Of a stretch of DNA of 11,890 nucleotides, positions 7,334-11,890 are shown piece after piece (within the stretch, counting starts at the first letter, position 1; each line of letters begins with the position of its first letter). Made by a program: the position numbers and the translations under genes. The DNA lies in assembly GCA_043810635.1 (NCBI GenBank), contig JBDRNY010000038.1, positions 1 through 11,890 on the forward strand. Direction: 5' to 3'. The DNA is from Candidatus Micrarchaeota archaeon. GTDB taxonomy: Archaea > Micrarchaeota > Micrarchaeia > Anstonellales > Anstonellaceae. The notes below the pieces were generated by a model. The model did no database searches. It was not told the origin of the DNA and worked only from the letters and a program-made list of their open reading frames with translations.

Positions 7334-7356
7334 TTTAAATATATTTGTATTTATAA
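7334..7356 (+). promoter_or_regulatory. Putative TATA boxes for the Zn-ribbon/aEF-1beta operon
   Basis: TTTAAATA (7334-7341) and TTTATAA (7350-7356). SD AGGTGA at 7387-7392. Confidence 0.4.
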
Positions 7357-7397
7357 TGATGAGATATAGAGATTAGTTTTATCTATAGGTGAGAAAT

Positions 7398-7553
7398 ATG
7401 CTTAGAAATTGTACGTCATGCGGAAAGCAGACAAAAGAATATGCACTTGTGCCGGACCCGAAGTCTGAAAGCGGGGAAACTATTGTAAGGTGCAAGCATT
7501 GCAGGCAATTGTCTGTGCCTTTCAAAACTCCGAGCGGGATAGACGGGCCATAA
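7398..7553 (+). CDS. Small Zn-ribbon protein, HVO_2753/DUF1610-like (51 aa)
   Basis: Manual translation MLRNCTSCGKQTKEYALVPDPKSESGETIVRCKHCRQLSVPFKTPSGIDGP. It has CxxCG, IxRCxxCR and the terminal GP typical of the family, an AGGTGA SD, and the position upstream of aEF-1beta that is conserved in archaea. Confidence 0.88.
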   Translation: MLRNCTSCGKQTKEYALVPDPKSESGETIVRCKHCRQLSVPFKTPSGIDGP

Positions 7554-7574
7554 GTTTATTTGGAGGTAATGCTA

Positions 7575-7847
7575 ATGGGAGAGGTTCAGCTGACTTTGAA
7601 TGTTATGCCCGAGAAAATGGAAGGGTTTGAGAAATTGAAGCAGGATATTATGAGTAAAATGAAAAATGAAACTGAAGGGCTTGTAAAGATGTGCAAAATA
7701 GGGGAGCAGGATATTGCATTTGGAATGAAAGCTGTTAAAGTGATGATTGTGGTGCCTGACGGGGAAGGAGTAAGCAAAGTGGAAGATAAAATAAAAGAAA
7801 TTGAGAATGTATCTTCTTGTGATACTGTTGGGGTAGACAGACTCTGA
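7575..7847 (+). CDS. ef1b: Archaeal translation elongation factor aEF-1beta
   Basis: MGEV..LNVMPE..., DIAFGMKAVKV, PDGEG and C-terminal IENVSS..VDRL match the family. SD GGAGGT at 7562-7567 favours ATG 7575. Confidence 0.92.
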   Translation: MGEVQLTLNVMPEKMEGFEKLKQDIMSKMKNETEGLVKMCKIGEQDIAFGMKAVKVMIVVPDGEGVSKVEDKIKEIENVSSCDTVGVDRL

Positions 7848-7850
7848 AAG

Positions 7851-7936
7851 AGGCTGTCTAGACATTTTACGAAGTAAAATGAAGATGGACATGCTTTAGG
7901 CTGTCCAGACTTTTTGCTTGCAAAAAGCAGATGGAC
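7851..7936 (+). repeat. Two tandem ~40-nt structured direct repeats
   Basis: AGGCTGTCTAGA-CATTTTAC GAA GTAAAATG-AAGATGGAC (7851-7890) and AGGCTGTCCAGA-CTTTTTGC TT GCAAAAAG-CAGATGGAC (7898-7936), with a 7-nt spacer. Confidence 0.8.
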
Positions 7937-8020
7937 CGATTGTGAGGGGGGCATAGGGAGGATTTAATTAATTTTCTTTTTCTGCTTTAGTTATATACTT
8001 TCTTGCACATATTATAACTG

Positions 8021-10336
8021 ATGCTAAAGAGGATAAAGCTCTCAAACTGGCGCTCGCACAAGGATAGTGAAATTGTATTTAAGGAAGGCGCCAACCTTTT
8101 TCTTGGAAACATGGGGAGCGGAAAATCATCTATAGTAGATGCTCTTTGTTTTGCATTATATGGAACATACCCTAAATTAGGGAGAAGGGATGTTAAATTG
8201 GAAGAAGTGAGGAATTTCAGGAATAGCGACGGGCAGGTTAGTGTTGAAGTGGAATGGGAAGATGATGGGGGAGGGGAAGGGGGAAGAGAATATAAGGTGA
8301 GGCGGGAAGTGTTTCCCCCGAATGCATGGATTTATTGTGATGGGAAGATGGTATGCAAAGGGGCAAAGGCGGCAACAGAGGAAGTTGAGCAAATATTGCA
8401 AATTCCTTATGAATTGTTTGCAAGGGCTGTTTATGCAGAGCAAAATAGGCTGGATTATTGGCTGACGCTTGCCGCAGGCGCGAGAAAGGCGGAATTGGAC
8501 AGGCTGTTGGGATTGGATAAATTTGAGAAAGTGAGGGCAAAGGCAACAACCGAAATAAACAAATTAAAAGACAGGGCTGAAGAAGCTGAAAAAGATGCTC
8601 CGCTTGAAAAATTTGAGGAAGCAAGGAAGGAAGTTGAAGCGGGGAAGGAAAAAATTTCAAGGCAGAAAGAGGAAATTGAGAGGGTGGGAAAGGAAAAGGG
8701 GGAAGTGAGAAAAGAATTTGAAGAAGTGCAGAAGGAATATTTGGAAATGGAGGAAATGCGCAAAAAATGCAAAGAGATGGAGGAAAAAAGAAGGGAAATT
8801 GTAGGGGCTGTTTCAAATTTAAGGAAAAATATTGATGAAAGCAGGGATGTGCCGGAATTAGGGGAAGCTGAAAAAAGGGAAAAAGAAGCTGGGGAAAAGA
8901 GGGGGGAATTGGAGGAAAAATTGAAAGAGGTGCAGAAGGGGGAGAAGGAAATTTCAGTGCTTATCGGAAGAATGGAAACTCAAGTGAAAAACGAAAAAAA
9001 TAAAGCTGGTAAGAGGGTGGAATTGGAAAAAAAGCAGAAGGAAATTTTGAAGGGAAAAAGCTTGGAAGAATTGAGGGGGGAAATTTCAAAAATGCAGGAA
9101 GAGATGCGGGCAAGGATTTCTGAAAGCGCTGGCATTGATTCGCAAATAAAAGATTTGGAAAAAGTGCTGGTTGCATTGCAGGTTAGGCCGGAAAGCGAGG
9201 AAGGCTCGGTGTGCCCTGTATGCAGGCAGGGGTTGGATGAAAAAAGAAGGGAGGAGCTGGAAAAGGAAAATATGGAAAGAAAAAAGGAATTGGAAGAGAA
9301 AGCAGGGGGAATTGGGGAAGTTATTTCGGAAAATAAGAAGAAAGATTCTGAATTGTCTGCAGTTGACGCAGAAGCGGGAAGGCTGGAAACACAGATAGGG
9401 GCGCTGGGCAAAGAAGAAGATGTTGGATTAATGGAAAAAGAATTGGAAGAAAAGGGAGAGGAGCTTCAGAAAGTTGCGGATGAGGGGAATGAAATAACGC
9501 TTGAATTAAAAGAAGTGGAAAAAGAAGAGAATGAAATTAGGAAAGTGAAGGGAATTATTGAGCAGACGGGGAGATGGACAAAAGAATTGGGGGAAAAGGA
9601 AAAAGAAAGCGGGGAAATTGGGAAAAAATTGGAAGAAATAGGATTTTCAGATGAAAAATTCAGGGAAGTGGGGGGAAGGAGAGAGGGAGTGATGGAAAAA
9701 AAGACAAAATTGGAAGAGCGGGAAAGGGCCGGGGAGGAAATTTTGAAGAATTTTGAGCAAACGCTTGCTATGCTTGAAAAGAATTTCAAGGAAGTTAAGA
9801 AGAAGAGGGAGGAAGCGGGAAAAATAAGGGAAGAAATTGACAGATTGAATTTGTTTAAAGAAGTGCTTGTTGCAACCCAGGCGCAATTAAGGGGAAGGCT
9901 TATTTCGGAAATAAACCTGGCAATGCAAAAATTATGGCCGTTGGTATACCCGTACGGGGATTGGAGCAAAGTGAGGGTTATCGCAGGGGAAAAAGATTAT
10001 GATGTGCAAATTTTCCAGGGGGAGTGGAAAAATCTGGAAGCGCATGCATCAGGCGGGGAGAGGGCGTGCCTTGGATTGTGCTTAAGGGCTGCTTTGTCTA
10101 TTTTGCTTACCCCGCAATTGGGATGGCTTATTCTGGATGAGCCGACGCACAATTTGGATGAAAATGCTGTGCAAACTCTGGGCAAAGCTATTTCTGAAAA
10201 AATGCCGCAAATAATACCCCAGCTTATTGTAATTACCCATGAGCCGAGGTTGTTGGAAAGCACTCCTGCAAGGGTGTTTAAGTTTTCAAGGGATAAGCTG
10301 AAAGGGGAAGATACAAAAGTGGAAATGGAAGGCTAG
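8021..10336 (+). CDS. rad50: Rad50/SbcC-like SMC-family ATPase
   Basis: LSNWRSH, Walker A GNMGSGKSS, Q-loop YAEQ, long E/K coiled coil with central CPVC zinc hook, signature SGGER, Walker B/D-loop ILDEPTHNLD, H-loop VITH. Confidence 0.9.
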   Translation: MLKRIKLSNWRSHKDSEIVFKEGANLFLGNMGSGKSSIVDALCFALYGTYPKLGRRDVKLEEVRNFRNSDGQVSVEVEWEDDGGGEGGREYKVRREVFPPNAWIYCDGKMVCKGAKAATEEVEQILQIPYELFARAVYAEQNRLDYWLTLAAGARKAELDRLLGLDKFEKVRAKATTEINKLKDRAEEAEKDAPLEKFEEARKEVEAGKEKISRQKEEIERVGKEKGEVRKEFEEVQKEYLEMEEMRKKCKEMEEKRREIVGAVSNLRKNIDESRDVPELGEAEKREKEAGEKRGELEEKLKEVQKGEKEISVLIGRMETQVKNEKNKAGKRVELEKKQKEILKGKSLEELRGEISKMQEEMRARISESAGIDSQIKDLEKVLVALQVRPESEEGSVCPVCRQGLDEKRREELEKENMERKKELEEKAGGIGEVISENKKKDSELSAVDAEAGRLETQIGALGKEEDVGLMEKELEEKGEELQKVADEGNEITLELKEVEKEENEIRKVKGIIEQTGRWTKELGEKEKESGEIGKKLEEIGFSDEKFREVGGRREGVMEKKTKLEERERAGEEILKNFEQTLAMLEKNFKEVKKKREEAGKIREEIDRLNLFKEVLVATQAQLRGRLISEINLAMQKLWPLVYPYGDWSKVRVIAGEKDYDVQIFQGEWKNLEAHASGGERACLGLCLRAALSILLTPQLGWLILDEPTHNLDENAVQTLGKAISEKMPQIIPQLIVITHEPRLLESTPARVFKFSRDKLKGEDTKVEMEG

Positions 10337-11208
10337 TTGGAATAGAATATGGAATAATTTTCTTCTGACAATTCAAGCCCGAGACTTTTGCCAATGTTTT
10401 GGTAGTCTGCTCTGTCGATAACTCCAAGTGCGCGGAATTGGCTTAGCAATGAAATTAAGTCTGGATCTCCCTCTCCTTTTTCCTTTGCTTCCAAATTTCC
10501 TATGGAAAGAATTACCAATTCGTTTTCATTTCTTATGCCAAGGTTTTCAATATGCACATCCCCCGGGCGGACATCTCTTTCATTTGCCAAATCGGAGAGA
10601 AATGCTTTTAGCATTGAAATGCTCTTTGTGTGGTTTTTTTTCATATTCTCAATAGCATTTTCATCAAGGGGTTTTATTGTATTGTCAAGCACTGAAACTG
10701 AGAAAAGGGTTTCAATTGGCTCGCGCAACTCCAAACTTGAGCTGCCTGCATTTGTTTGCACAATTTTAACAACTCCGGCCATTGTAACAAAACTTTTTGA
10801 CAAATTGTTTTTAAAAGAAAGGTCAAGAATTTCATTTAGCATTTCCTCATTGTTGACAGTGCGGGAGAAACGAATAATCTGCTCTTTCCCCTTGTGTGTG
10901 TAATTCAAATCAACACGCCTTTTGCCTGAATTGGCAAGAGATTCGAGCGCCTTTTCTGCAAGCTCTTTTGAAACAGCTTTGCTCGGGGAGATAAGCTGGA
11001 GAGAAGTTATTGGTTTTTTCATTTGTGCGGGTTCGTTGCCTTCGGGAGGGGCTGATGCAAGCAATTTGTTGGAAAGGGGATGTTGGGCGTGGTCTAACAA
11101 TACGAATGGAATTTTTGAATTCATTATGCGTGATATGATGGTTTTTGCACTGGCTGGAAGGGCGCTTTGCCCGGCTGGCTGCTTTGTTTTTAACAATTCG
11201 GCATTCAT
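10333..11208 (-). CDS. Hypothetical protein with a possible degenerate kinase-like C-terminal domain
   Basis: About 291-aa ORF. ATG 11208 is preferred over GTG 11217. It contains PGDVHIENLG..ELVILSIG. Its stop overlaps the rad50 stop in the shared CTAG (10333-10336). Confidence 0.75.
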   Translation of the reverse strand: MNAELLKTKQPAGQSALPASAKTIISRIMNSKIPFVLLDHAQHPLSNKLLASAPPEGNEPAQMKKPITSLQLISPSKAVSKELAEKALESLANSGKRRVDLNYTHKGKEQIIRFSRTVNNEEMLNEILDLSFKNNLSKSFVTMAGVVKIVQTNAGSSSLELREPIETLFSVSVLDNTIKPLDENAIENMKKNHTKSISMLKAFLSDLANERDVRPGDVHIENLGIRNENELVILSIGNLEAKEKGEGDPDLISLLSQFRALGVIDRADYQNIGKSLGLELSEENYSIFYSN

Positions 11209-11287
11209 TTTAACCACTGTAATATTTGTTCTAGTGCTGTATGATGTTATTGTGCCTGTAAAAAGTTAAAAGGACTTGTTTCACCAC

Positions 11288-11420
11288 TAAAAACAAAGTA
11301 GAAGTATGTGAACTACCGCACCCTGAAGGGTGCAGCTTCCTGCTTCCCTGACAAAGCCATCGCTTCATCTCCACAGGCGTTACTTCCGGCAATTCCTGCC
11401 GTAGCTCTATTGAGTATATT
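11288..11420 (-). ncRNA. Predicted omega RNA of the second TnpB; guide about AUACUUCUACUUUGUUUUUA
   Basis: Inferred from the right end at 11308 and general TnpB architecture. The 5' boundary is approximate. Confidence 0.5.
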
Positions 11421-11890
11421 TATGCTAGCGTTCATATCTCTGCCTGTTATCATGCCGCAATTTTTGCATTCATAAACTCTTTCTGATAATGGCATGTTTT
11501 TGATTGAGCCGCAAGCACTGCATTCTTTTGTAGTATCTTTTGGATTTACAAGCACCACCGTGCAACCAGCACTTTCAGCCTTGTAGCCAAGCATGTTTGC
11601 AAACATATTCCATCCTGCATCACGGATTTGTCTTCCATAGTTTTGTTCTGACATTTTTTTGGAAGAAAGCTCTTCCAATGCTATAAAGGAATAATTATTG
11701 ACTAAGTGATGAGAAAGATTATGCAGAAAGTCTCTTCTTGTATTTGCCACTTTCTCATGTAGCAAGGCAACTTTCTTTTTGGATTTCTTTCTGTTCGCGC
11801 TTCCTCTGATTTTTTTGGAAAGTTTTCGCTGCAAGAATGCCAATCTATTTTCATGCTTTTTCAGATGCCTTGGATTGGCGATTTCAATCC
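11308..11890 (-). mobile_element. Right part of a second IS200/IS605-family element
   Basis: Minus-strand right end GAAG-CTGCACCC TTCA GGGTGCGG-TAGT-TCAC|. The GAAG/TCAC pair fits the IS608 rule. The left end is outside the window. Confidence 0.85.
11313..11890 (-). CDS. tnpB: TnpB, C-terminal part (5' end outside the window)
   Basis: Frame open to the edge (IEIANPRHLKKHENRLAFLQRKLS). RRDFLH, RuvC-II IALEEL, DAGW, YKAE, NPKDTTKECSACG, CKNCG and RuvC-III RDMNASINI. Confidence 0.93.
   Translation of the reverse strand, partial: IEIANPRHLKKHENRLAFLQRKLSKKIRGSANRKKSKKKVALLHEKVANTRRDFLHNLSHHLVNNYSFIALEELSSKKMSEQNYGRQIRDAGWNMFANMLGYKAESAGCTVVLVNPKDTTKECSACGSIKNMPLSERVYECKNCGMITGRDMNASINILNRATAGIAGSNACGDEAMALSGKQEAAPFRVR

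Noticed and set aside
7851..7936. Mini CRISPR array for a Cas12f-like protein
   Set aside because: Only two units with a 7-nt spacer and variation inside the repeat. No cas genes are present, and both nucleases have IS ends.
8343..8352. 10-nt match (GGAAGATGGT) of the first guide within rad50
   Set aside because: The TAM-proximal seed mismatches and there is no adjacent ATGA. A match this short is expected by chance in purine-rich sequence.
8560..9860. Recurring GAA/AAA/GGG-rich quasi-repeats
   Set aside because: Explained by the Glu/Lys codons of the coiled coil. No discrete tandem unit.
8177..10263. Antisense ORFs within rad50, and similar ones within the helicase, surface protein, aEF-1beta and gene 1-572
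   Set aside because: F/S/P/L-rich mirror translations of purine-rich coding strands.

Overview
Archaeal chromosomal window, probably DPANN. The tRNA-Arg(GCG), GGTGA/GGAGGT ribosome-binding sites and aEF-1beta locus are archaeal; a Micrarchaeota-like assignment is my inference. Left to right it holds an edge-truncated hypothetical gene, a class I (DhnA-type) aldolase, a small hypothetical ORF, tRNA-Gly(GCC), tRNA-Arg(GCG), a membrane protein and an acidic surface lipoprotein. Next come a complete tnpA-less IS200/IS605 element with TnpB (4618-6000), a DEAD-box helicase, a 51-aa Zn-ribbon gene missing from the ORF track, aEF-1beta, a stand-alone Rad50-like ATPase, a kinase-like hypothetical and the 3' part of a second TnpB element. 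Main signal: the first element appears to target TCAT, the reverse complement of ATGA. It sits exactly at the helicase start codon and supplies a replacement Shine-Dalgarno from its left end. Two intergenic paired-hairpin repeats with compensatory base changes (2030-2081, 7851-7936) are not explained by any annotated feature. No database searches were run.
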